Assembly: GCA_965655095.1 (NCBI GenBank)
Contig: OZ296650.1
Location: 107,508,001 to 107,572,000, forward strand
DNA: 64,000 bases
Direction of reading: 5' to 3'
Origin: Haplodiscus bocki
Lineage: Eukaryota
A program made the position numbers and the translations under genes. Each line of letters opens with the position of its first letter. Position 1 is the first letter of the stretch. Of the stretch, positions 40,401 through 52,400 are shown piece by piece. The notes under the pieces were generated by a model. The model was not told the origin of the DNA, did no database searches, and saw nothing but the letters and a program-made list of their open reading frames with translations.

Positions 40401-43400
40401 ACTCACGATGATGAAACAAGAATATAAGCTCGAGATTGCAAGCCAACTTATATAATCGAAAATTGACAGTGAGTGACAATGTCTGCTCAGCAGTTGGGAC
40501 TACATTAACCAAAATCCCTGTTCTTTACCGTTATACTGAGACCATACCCAAAATCTCTCATTTGCACAGTGTTGCAGCGTTGGAGTCACGAGGATGTATT
40601 CGCCAGGTAGCCCATTCGAAGGTTTGCAATAGCTATGACAACAAATGAGGCTTTTCCGGAAGCTGAGCGCATAAATCCTTTCCATTTCCCGAAATTCAAT
40701 CTGAACAGCATTACAGTTCATCGTAATGGTTATCTTTTTGCCGGAACTCCACTCCAAACAGAATGATAAGAAACAGTACTCTAATTCGCTCAAAGCTCTG
40801 GTTTTTGGATAACATGGTAACGCAGTTCCTTACAGCGACTGTGTTAATCACGATATTCTACTGTTCGACTTAACCAGCACACAACAAGCGTCATATGATT
40901 ATCTTTACCCACATATGGCAAATGGATCCATTTCGATTAGCTTATGGTTGTCAGCACAACTGGCGAAAAGTGTAGAAGTGTTTTTCCCAGGTGAACGGGC
41001 TTCTGCTGTTTACCTTGACTCTTCTCGGAAGGTTTCCACGAATATCTTCTTGAACTCAAAGCTGGAAACCAAGCGTTGAGGGATAGTACCCAAATTTTAC
41101 TACAGATTACGAAGTGTAGGTACCTGAGACATAGGTTCGTGGATGTGCTCTCTATGGATACCTTTCCTATCCTACTCAACGAGAACGCATACGTTATTGT
41201 GAATTCCGAATCTTCTGAAGAGGAAGGGAAGCATTGGCTTTTAATAAGTAAGAAAGACGGAGTCTGTCTGTTCGGTGACCCATTGGGCTTACGCTGGGCG
41301 CCTATTCAAAAACCTCTTCAACCGCCTACATCGAATTTAGGTGGACTTTATTGTATAAACGTTGCTCCTTTTTTTTTCAGTGGTTACTCACCTGTAATGC
41401 CGCTGTTCGATGATGAGCGCTATTTAGGATTTGTAAAACTCTCAAACTTTTCATTTATCTTCGCTCTCGTTAAATTTATTAATTTTTCGTTATCTTTTTT
41501 TTTCAATACAGGATGAATGAAAATGAAAAGCTAGCATTTCATTGTTCATAGCACTAAAGCCAGAAATGAAGATATCAGCAATCCTATAAATTGAGGCTGC
41601 ATGTTGACCATCAAGTACCAGGTTTAGTCTACTGAGAAGAACTGGAGACAAGTCGCTGGTTTTTGCTGATCTTTTATTTCTGTTTCTCAGTACGGGGACT
41701 CGTTTCAGTATTCGTTTTGTGTTGGACAAACGGGCTCCTGTCCAAATTCCTGTTTTACGTCACTGCTCGATTAATTTTTTTCACATGTTTCACCGTTCAA
41801 CTTCAAATAACTAGCGGTGGGTATCATAGGCGAGAAAGTTGAGTATAAGCATGACACAGCGTACCCGTTTCCTCGCTTTTGAAATTTGGACTTTGTTTCC
41901 AAGAGAAGTATATTGTGATTTAGCTCAATAACACTGTATTTGTTTTTCTCAGTGTCAGCCAAAAGCACAACAGATGTCGTTTCCAAAGTCTTTACCCTCA
42001 CGCTGTTCTTCAAAACTAATATGATACCGATAGTTTTTCACAAACGTCTTGAGAAAATCAGGCGTTTGTTCGTACTTAGCCTCAAGCATTTTCAGAATCT
42101 GAAAAGAAATATTTCGTGGAGCTACACTGTGATTTTCGTTCCTCAGAAAACGATCTGAATGGGCAATAACTCACGATGATGAAGCAAGAATATAAGCTCG
42201 AGATTGCAAGCTAACGTATATATTCGAAAATTGACAGTGAGTGACAATGTCTGCTCAGCAATTGGGACTACATCAAGCAAAATCCCTGCTCTTTACCGTT
42301 ATACTGAGACCATACCCAAAATCTGTCTCATTTCCACAGTGGTGCAGCGTTGGAGTCACGAGGATGTATTCGCCAGGTAGCCCATTCGAAGGTTTGAAAT
42401 AGCTATGACAACAAATGAGGCTTTTCCGGAAGCTGAGCGCATAAATCCTTTCCATTTCCCGAAATTCAATCTGAACAGCACTACAGTTCATCGTAATGGT
42501 TATCTTTTTGCCGGAACTCCACTCCAAACAGAATGATAGGAAACAGTACTCTAATTCGCTCAAAGCTCTGGTTTTTGGATAACATGGTAATGCAGTTCCT
42601 TACAGCGACTGTGTTAATCACGATATTCTACTGTTCGACTTAACCAGCACGCAACAAGCGTCATGATTATCTTTACCCACATATGGCAAATGGATCCATT
42701 TCGATTAGCTCAAGGTTTTCAGGACAACTGGCGAAAAGTGTAGAAGTGTTTTTCCCAGGTGAACGGGCTTCTGCTGTTTACCTTGACTCTTCTCGGAAGG
42801 TTTCGACGAATATCTTCTTGAACTCAAAGCTGAAAACCAAGCGTTGAGGGATAGTACCCAAATTTTACTACAGATTACGAAGTGTAGGTACCTGAGACAT
42901 AGGTTCGTGGATATGCTCTCTATGGATACCTTTCCTATCCTACTCAACGAGAACGCATACGTTATTGTGAATTCCGAATCTTCTGAAGAGGAAGGGAAGC
43001 ATTGGCTTTTAATAAGTAAGAGAGACGGAGACTGTCTTCGGTGACCCATTGGGCTTACGCTGGGCGCCTATTCAAAACGTATTCAACCGTCTACATCGAA
43101 TTTAGGTGGACTTTATTGTATAAACGTTGCTCTGTTTTTTTCAGTGGTTACTACCCTGTAATGCCGCTATTCGATGATGAGCGCTATTTAGGATTTGTAA
43201 AACTCTCAAAATTTTCATTTATCTTCGCTCTCGTTAAATTTAATAGTTTTTCAATATCTTTTTTTTTCAATACAGGATGAATGAAAATGAAAAGCTAACA
43301 TTTTTTATAGCACTAAAGCCAGAAAAGAAGATATCAACAATCCTATAAATTGAGGCTGCATGTTGACCATCAAGTATCAGGTTTAGTCTACTGAGAAGAA

Positions 43401-46400
43401 CTGGAGACAAGTCGCTGGTTTTTGCTGATCTTTTATTTCTGTTTCTCAGTACGGGGACTCGTTTGAGTATTCGTATGTGTTGGACAAACGGGCTCCTGTC
43501 CAAATTCCTGTTTTATGTCACTGCTCGATTAATTTTTTTCAAATGTTTCACCGTTCAACTTCAAATAACTAGCGGTGGGTATCATAGGCGAGAAAGTTGA
43601 GTGTAAGCATGACACAGCGTACCCGTTTCCTCGCTTTTGAAATTTGGACTTTGTTTCCAAGAGAAGTATTTTGCGGTTTTGCTCAATGTCACTGTATTTG
43701 TTTTTCTCAGTGTCAGCCAAAAGCACAACAGATGTCGTTTCCAAAATCTTTACCCTCACGCTGTTCTTCAAAACTAATTTGATACCGATAGTTTTTCACA
43801 AACGTCTTGAGAAAATCGGGCGTTTGTTCGTACATAGCCTCAAGCATTTTCCGAATCTGAAAAGAATTTTTTAGTGGAGCTACACTGTGATTTTCGTTCC
43901 TCAGAACCGACCTGAATGTGCAATAACTCACGATGATGAAACAAGAATATAAGCTCGAGATTGCAAGCCAACTTATATAATCGAAAATTGACAGTGAGTG
44001 ACAATGTCTGCTCAGCAGTTGGGACTACATTAACCAAAATCCCTGTTCTTTACCGTTATACTGAGACCATACCCAAAATCTCTCATTTGCACAGTGTTGC
44101 AGCGTTGGAGTCACGAGGATGTATTCGCCAGGTAGCCCATTCGAAGGTTTGCAATAGCTATGACAACAAATGAGGCTTTTCCGGAAGCTGAGCGCATAAA
44201 TCCTTTCCATTTCCCGAAATTCAATCTGAACAGCATTACAGTTCATCGTAATGGTTATCTTTTTGCCGGAACTCCACTCCAAACAGAATGATAAGAAACA
44301 GTACTCTAATTCGCTCAAAGCTCTGGTTTTTGGATAACATGGTAACGCAGTTCCTTACAGCGACTGTGTTAATCACGATATTCTACTGTTCGACTTAACC
44401 AGCACACAACAAGCGTCATATGATTATCTTTACCCACATATGGCAAATGGATCCATTTCGATTAGCTTATGGTTGTCAGCACAACTGGCGAAAAGTGTAG
44501 AAGTGTTTTTCCCAGGTGAACGGGCTTCTGCTGTTTACCTTGACTCTTCTCGGAAGGTTTCCACGAATATCTTCTTGAACTCAAAGCTGGAAACCAAGCG
44601 TTGAGGGATAGTACCCAAATTTTACTACAGATTACGAAGTGTAGGTACCTGAGACATAGGTTCGTGGATGTGCTCTCTATGGATACCTTTCCTATCCTAC
44701 TCAACGAGAACGCATACGTTATTGTGATTTCCGAATCTTCTGAAGAGGAAGGGAAGCATTGGCTTTTAATAAGTAAGAAAGACGGAGTCTGTCTGTCCGG
44801 TGACCCATTGGGCTTACGCTGGGCGCCTATTCAAAACATATTCAACCGCCTACATCGAATTTAGGTGGACTTTATTGTATAAACGTTGCTCATTTTTTTT
44901 CAGTGGTTCCTACCCTGTAATGCCGCTATTCGATGATGAGCGCTAATTAAGATTTGTAAAACTCTCATAAACTTTTTATTTATCTTCGCTCTCGTTAAAT
45001 TTAATAATTTTTCAATTTCTTTTTTTTTCAATACAGGATGAATGAAAATGAAAAGCTAGCATTTCATTGTTTATAGCACTAAAGCCAGAAATGAAGATAT
45101 CAACAATCCTATAAATTGAGGCTGCATGTTGGCCATCAAGTATCAGGTTTAGTCTACTGAGAAGAACTGGAGACAAGTCGCTGGTTTGTGCTGATCTTTC
45201 ATTTCTGTTGCTCACTACGGGGACTCGTTTGAGTATTCGTATGTGTTGGACAAACGGGCTCCTGTCCAAATTCCTGTTTTATGTCACTGCTCGATTAATT
45301 TTTTTCAAATGTTTCACCGTTCAACTTCAAATAACTAGCGGTGGGTATCATAGGCGAGAAAGTTGAGTGTAAGCATGACACAGCGTACCCGTTTCCTCGC
45401 TTTTGAAATTTGGACTTTGTTTCCAAGAGAAGTATTTTGCGGTTTTGCTCAATGTCACTGTATTTGTTTTTCTCAGTGTCAGCCAAAAGCACAACAGATG
45501 TCGTTTCCAAAGTCTTTACCCTCACGCTGTTCTTCAAAACTAATATGATACCGATAGTTTTTCACAAACGTCTTGAGAAAATCGGGCGTTTGTTCGTACA
45601 TAGCCTCAAGCATTTTCCGAATCTGAAAAGAATTTTTTAGTGGAGCTACACTGTGATTTTCGTTCCTCAGAACCGACCTGAATGTGCAATAACTCACGAT
45701 GATGAAACAAGAATATAAGCTCGAGATTGCAAGCCAACTTCTATAATCGAAAATTGACAGTGAGTGACAATGTCTGCTCAGCAGTTGGGACTACATTAAC
45801 CAAAATCCCTGTTCTTTACCGTTATACTGAGACCATACCCAAAATCTCTCATTTGCACAGTGTTGCAGCGTTGGAGTCACGAGGATGTATTCGCCAGGTA
45901 GCCCATTCGAAGGTTTGCCATAGCTATGACAACAAATGAGGCTTTTCCGGAAGCTGAGCGCATAAATCCTTTCCATTTCCCGAAATTCAATCTGAACAGC
46001 ATTACAGTTCATCGTAATGGTTATCTTTTTGCCGGAACTCCACTCCAAACAGAATGATAAGAAACAGTACTCTAATTCGCTCAAAGCTCTGGTTTTTGGA
46101 TAACATGGTAACGCAGTTCCTTACAGCGACTGTGTTAATCACGATATTCTACTGTTCGACTTAACCAGCACACAACAAGCGTCATATGATTATCTTTACC
46201 CACATATGGCAAATGGATCCATTTCGATTAGCTTATGGTTGTCAGCACAACTGGCGAAAAGTGTAGAAGTGTTTTTCCCAGGTGAACGGGCTTCTGCTGT
46301 TTACCTTGACTCTTCTCGGAAGGTTTCCACGAATATCTTCTTGAACTCAAAGCTGGAAACCAAGCGTTGAGGGATAGTACCCAAATTTTACTACAGATTA

Positions 46401-49400
46401 CGAAGTGTAGGTACCTGAGACATAGGTTCGTGGATGTGCTCTCTATGGATACCTTTCCTATCCTACTCAACGAGAACGCATACGTTATTGTGATTTCCGA
46501 ATCTTCTGAAGAGGAAGGGAAGCATTGGCTTTTAATAAGTAAGAAAGACGGAGTCTGTCTGTCCGGTGACCCATTGGGCTTACGCTGGGCGCCTATTCAA
46601 AACATATTCAACCGCCTACATCGAATTTAGGTGGACTTTATTGTATAAACGTTGCTCATTTTTTTTCAGTGGTTCCTACCCTGTAATGCCGCTATTCGAT
46701 GATGAGCGCTAATTAAGATTTGTAAAACTCTCATAAACTTTTTATTTATCTTCGCTCTCGTTAAATTTAATAATTTTTCAATTTCTTTTTTTTTCAATAC
46801 AGGATGAATGAAAATGAAAAGCTAGCATTTCATTGTTTATAGCACTAAAGCCAGAAATGAAGATATCAACAATCCTATAAATTGAGGCTGCATGTTGGCC
46901 ATCAAGTATCAGGTTTAGTCTACTGAGAAGAACTGGAGACAAGTCGCTGGTTTGTGCTGATCTTTCATTTCTGTTGCTCACTACGGGGACTCATTTGAGT
47001 ATTCGTTTTGTCTTCTGGAAAAACCGGCTCTTACCCAAATTCCTGTTTTATGTCACTGCTCGATTAATTTTTTCAAATATTTCACCGTTCAACTTTAAAT
47101 AACTAGCGGTGGGTATCATAGGCGAGAAATTCGAGTATAAGCATGACACAGCGTACCCCTTTCCTCGCTTTTGAAATTTGGACTTTGTTTCCAAGAGAAG
47201 ATTATTGTGTTTTCGCTCAATGTCACTGTATTTGTTTTTCTCAGTGTCAGCCAAAAGCACAACAGATGTCGTTTCCAAAGTCTTTACCCTCACGCTGTTG
47301 TTCAAAACTAATATGATACCGATAGTTTTTCACAAACGTCTTGAGAAAATCGGGCGTTTGTTCGTACATAGCCTCAAGCATTTTCCGAATCTGAAAAGAA
47401 TTATTTAGTGGAGCTACACTGTGATTTTCGTTCCTCAGAACCGACCTGAATGTGCAATAACTCACGATGATGAAACAAGAATATAAGCTCGAGATTGCAA
47501 GCCAACTTATATATTTGAAAAATGACAGTGACAATGTTTGCTCAGCAATTGGGACTACATTAAACAAAACCCCTGCTCTTTACCGTTATACTGAGATCAT
47601 ACCCAAAATGTTTCTCATTTCCACAGTGGCGCAGCGTTGTAGTCACGAAGATGTATTCGCCAAGGAGCCCATTCGAAGGTTTGCAATGGCTATGACAACA
47701 AATGAGGCTTTTTCGGAAGCTGAGCGCATAAATCTTTTGCATTTCCCGAAATTCAATCTGAATGGCATTACAATTCATCGTAATGTTTTGATTATCTTTT
47801 TGCCGGAACACCACTCCAAACAGAATGATAAAAAACAGTACTCTAATTCGCTCAAAGCTCTGGTTTTTGGATAACATGGTCTTGGAGTTCCTTACAGCGA
47901 CTGTGTTAATCACGATATTCTACTGTTCGACTTAACCAGCACGCAACAAGCGTCATGATTATCTTTACCCACATATGGCAAATGGATCCATTTCGATTAG
48001 CTTATGCTTTTCAGCACAACTGGCGAAAAGTGTAGAAGTGTTTTTCCCAGGTGAACGGTCTTCTACTGTTTACCTTGACTCTTCTCGCAAGGTTTCCACG
48101 AATATCTTCTTGAACTCAAAGTTGGAAACCAAGCGTTGAGGGATAGTACCCAATTTTTGTTACAGATTACGAAGTGTAGGTACCTGAGACATAGATTTGT
48201 GGATGTGTTCTCTATAGATACCTTTCCTATCCTACTCAACGAGAACACATCCATCATTGTGAATTCCTAAAATTCTGATGAGAAAGGGAAGCATTGGCTC
48301 TTAATAAGTAAGAAAGACGGAGTCTGTGTGTTCGGCGACCTTTTGGGCCTACGCTGGGCGCCTATTCAAAACCTCCTCAACCGCCTACATCGAATTCATG
48401 TGGACTTTATTGTATAGATTTTGCTCATTTTATTTTCAGTGGTCACTACCCTGTGGTACCGCTAATCTACTATGAGCGGTAATTAAGATTTGTAAAACTC
48501 TCATAAACTTTTTATTTATCTTCGCTCTCGTTAAATTTAATAATTTTTCAATATCTTTTTTTTCAATACAGGATGAATGAAAATGAAAAGCTAGCCTTTC
48601 ATTGTTTATAGCACTAAAGCCAGAAATGAAGATATCAACAATCCTATAAAATGAGGCTGCATGCTGACCATCAAGTATCAGGTTTAGTCTACTGAGAAGA
48701 ACTGGAGACAAGTCGCTGGTTTGTGCTGATCTTTCATTTCTGTTGCTCACTACGGGGACTCGTTTGAGTATTCGTTTTGTGTTTTGGAAAAACGGGCTCT
48801 TGTCCAAATTCCTGTTTTTTGTCTTTGCTCGATTATTTTTTTTCAAATGTTTCACCGTTCAACTTTAAATAACTAGCGGTGGGTATCATAGGCGAGAACA
48901 TTGAGTATAAGCATGACACAGCGTACCCCCTTTCCTCGCTTTTGAAATTTGGACTTTGTTTCGAAGAGAAGATTGTGTTTTTGCTCAATGTCACTATTGG
49001 TTTCCCTCAGAGTGTCTACCAAGAGCACAACAGATGTCGTTTCCAAAGTCTTTACCCTCAGGTGGTTCTTCAAAACTAGTATGATACCGAAAAGTTTTCA
49101 CAAACGTCATGAGAAAATCGGGCGTTTGTTTGTACATAGCCTCAAGCGTTTTCGGAAACTGCAAAAAAATTAGTTCAGAATCGGTAACATTCACGAAAAA
49201 AAAATTGGGTTCCGAAAAGAAAATGTTATTGTCATGAAAGAATGAATTGATGAAGGAAATTGTATGTTCACAGGCAAATACTTTCAAGTGAAATATTATA
49301 AAGAGCTACTCTCAGAAGATCACAATCTTCGAATTTGAGAAAGTTGTTCGTTAAATATGTTCTTTCGCTTGATAATTAGCATTACATCATCTTCTTCGGG

Positions 49401-52400
49401 TCCTGGTTGCATTACAATATTTTTTTGTTAGTCAACTGATGGAGCGCAGAAGCAGTGAGTGTTAGTTGTTGATCCGGATAATACACCCTCTTTTCAGATA
49501 ATAAATCCTCATAGTCAACTCCTTTTTTGAAAAGTTTCGGAAGCCAGTTGGTCCCCGTGTTGGGATTTGTCTTGGTTGTAACTCGTATGAGACGCCTCTC
49601 AGTTCTCGAAATATCGATTTAGATGTCCCCAAAATCTTTGTCAGTAGTGGCAAAAAATGGAAGATTCATTTTTTTGAGCAGTTAGCGAAATTGGAGCAGG
49701 AAACGGTTTTCCTGGGAAAGTAAGAAATTGAATGATACGAGGTTTTAAAATAATACCAGATCGAGAATGCTCGATGTATAGGGCGTAAACTTAGAAGGGA
49801 ACCGTTAATTTAGTTTAAAAGCGGTGATATTAATTGGCAAATAAATTGGAAAATAATTATGTCAAAATACTCTGGTAATAGGAGTGTGCAGTGACTTGTT
49901 TTTTTAACTGTAAACAAATATCATCTGTCGCCTACACAAAAACCTTGATTGTGACTAATTGAGACGATCAGGACCATTATTCGTCTTACGACTGGTAACT
50001 TTTTTATAACTACTTGAAACTGGGGGTCTAAGCAATGCATGTAAGCAAACCGTCCAATGTCTGGACATTACATGTAAAGTAAACAAGAACTATTTTCATT
50101 GTGTAACCATTCTAACTTTCCTTTTTTGAAGACTAAATTTTTTTCAATTAATCGTCAAATTCACAACTGGATGCCTCTATAAAAAATTTTTTTCAAGTGA
50201 AGTTTTACTTTCGGTACTACACGAAGCCTAACCTCAAATAAACAAGATTGTAAACGTTTTTTTTCATGAAGTGAAACTGGAGATTCAAATATTCACCAGC
50301 TTTTTTTCTTATGCTTTTATATTTTACGAAACTTGATTTAATAAATCGGTGGTGATTGTCAGAGAAGAAATCAGATGACGAGTGTAGCATCAAAAAATCC
50401 ATATCATTACCCAAAGACACCTTTGGTCTGTTGAAGACCAAGAGCGTCCCACCTAACATTGTTACCAGTTTGGAAGCTGTGGGCCTCGCAGAGGAAAATT
50501 TTCATATACGTTCAATTGTTGACCGTTTCGAATTACCTGTGAGTGTTCGCGAAGTCTTACTCGGTTTCGATTGTGAACACATACCCCTATCCGAGAACCA
50601 TTTGGGTTTATGTTGGACTTCGAAATGTTAGTGGTTTTTGGAGATTGTTAGCAACCCGCAAGCTCCACGTCTGAAAGGAGTAACACCGCCATTTCCATTT
50701 TCAACCCCTCCTTGTCAAGATAGTAATGAGGACAGTCCAGATTTCAATCCGCTTGAAACTCCTGTGAAGTCGAGGCCTTTCTACTCACCAGAATGTCCTC
50801 CGGCACCAGTCAGTCTAAGTTCTCACGCTAAAACAAAAGAAAATGCAACCACTCACGCATAGTTTACAGTAAGTGGATGTCAGTTGAATTTCAATAGACA
50901 GACTTCGAAGAAATCGCGCGTGTGAAGCTAGTCATAGTTAAATTGCAGAATAGTAGAAGTTATGACAACAGAACAAAAGCCATTAGCAAAAGTTTATTTT
51001 TGAGCAAACAAAACGAGAGGTATTTGTTTCAAGGTCAAGACACGACACTATCGCAAACACTCAGAACATCAATGGTTACCCTTTTGATGAGATGACCTAC
51101 TTTTAGCCTGCAGGGCTAGTCAACAAAACAGAGATCGTAAACGAAATAGGAAAACTTTATTATTTTCTCGAATTTTCAAATTCAATTCAATAATCTCTGC
51201 AACGGAAAATGCGAATAACTGTAATTTTCGCAGCAAAACATTTTCTAAGAAGTAAAACTATTTCGGCATCTCCTCAACTTTCATAACATTGGAAAATCGA
51301 AGTCAGGGCAGAGAAACTGCATGGAATGTTCTTTCAAATGTTGCTCTTTGGCAGTAATGACGAAACACGTTGAAGAAAAACATGATACAGCAAAACAGAA
51401 GCTCCGCATTTACTGCAATAGTCTCTTGTCTGATACTAAAACTTTCAATAAACTCTTAGAAGAAGTTCATTGGTTGCCTCCAGTTACACAAACCCAAAAA
51501 TCGCAATGCAAACTACCTCAAGCATCTGCTTTCGATGGTTCAGTGCAGACGTACTTCTTAGAAGCGGATGATGATGATGATTTCTCACAGTTCGTGATGG
51601 ACCGAAAATAAATTATTGATGAGATTATAGAAGAAGCTGTTCAAGCAGAACCGAAAAAAGTGCAGCTAACAGAAGTCAAATTTGAAAAAAAACCTGCCTC
51701 AGAAGTTGAAGACGCTACTGATCTCTTGATTCACGAGAACTCCCAAATGAAAACAGTCTACCCGGGTGAGAGACTCACATGGGAAGGTTTTCTTCACGAT
51801 GTTGAATCAAATGTTATCGATGTCCAGTTTTACTTCCCACGGAAGTGTGTTGGTGCTCAAAGAGATCAATGATCTTTACGTTAAGCTAGTTTCCTACGTC
51901 CCAATTCGAGGTTTATCCTTCCTTGCATTGCCAGGTGACCTTCGAAGCCTGAATTGCCTGTTGAAGATGAGGAATCGGGAAGGCTAAAATTGCTTCCTCT
52001 ATTGTTAAGTGGCAGCGTGGCATTTTCCTTATGCTGAAAGTCTTAATGAAAATGTCGGCTGTCGAATGAGAATGAACCCAGAAACATTTAGTCCTTTTAA
52101 TCCATTGACACGCCGACCACTTGGCGATGTCGACGTGACGATGGCTTTCGACCAATTTCCAAAGCTTGAAAAGCTGAACAAAATTAAAGTCAGTGTATTC
52201 CGTTACCAAAAGAAAGATCTCATTCCACTGCGATTATCGAAACCAGAGGATTTGCCATTCATGTTAGACCTTCTTCATGGCGATGGTCAAGCTTACCATA
52301 ATGTTTTAACCAAAGACTTGAAAATTTTAGTCACCAATTTGAAACAACAAATTCCACGATCCTGTAGCAAAATATGCCGTAGCTGCTTGAATGCTTGTTA

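Noticed and set aside
34429-48855. Dozens of recurring 60-146-aa ORFs as separate genes
   Set aside because: They are fragments or antisense shadows of three decayed Polinton genes, repeated by the array.
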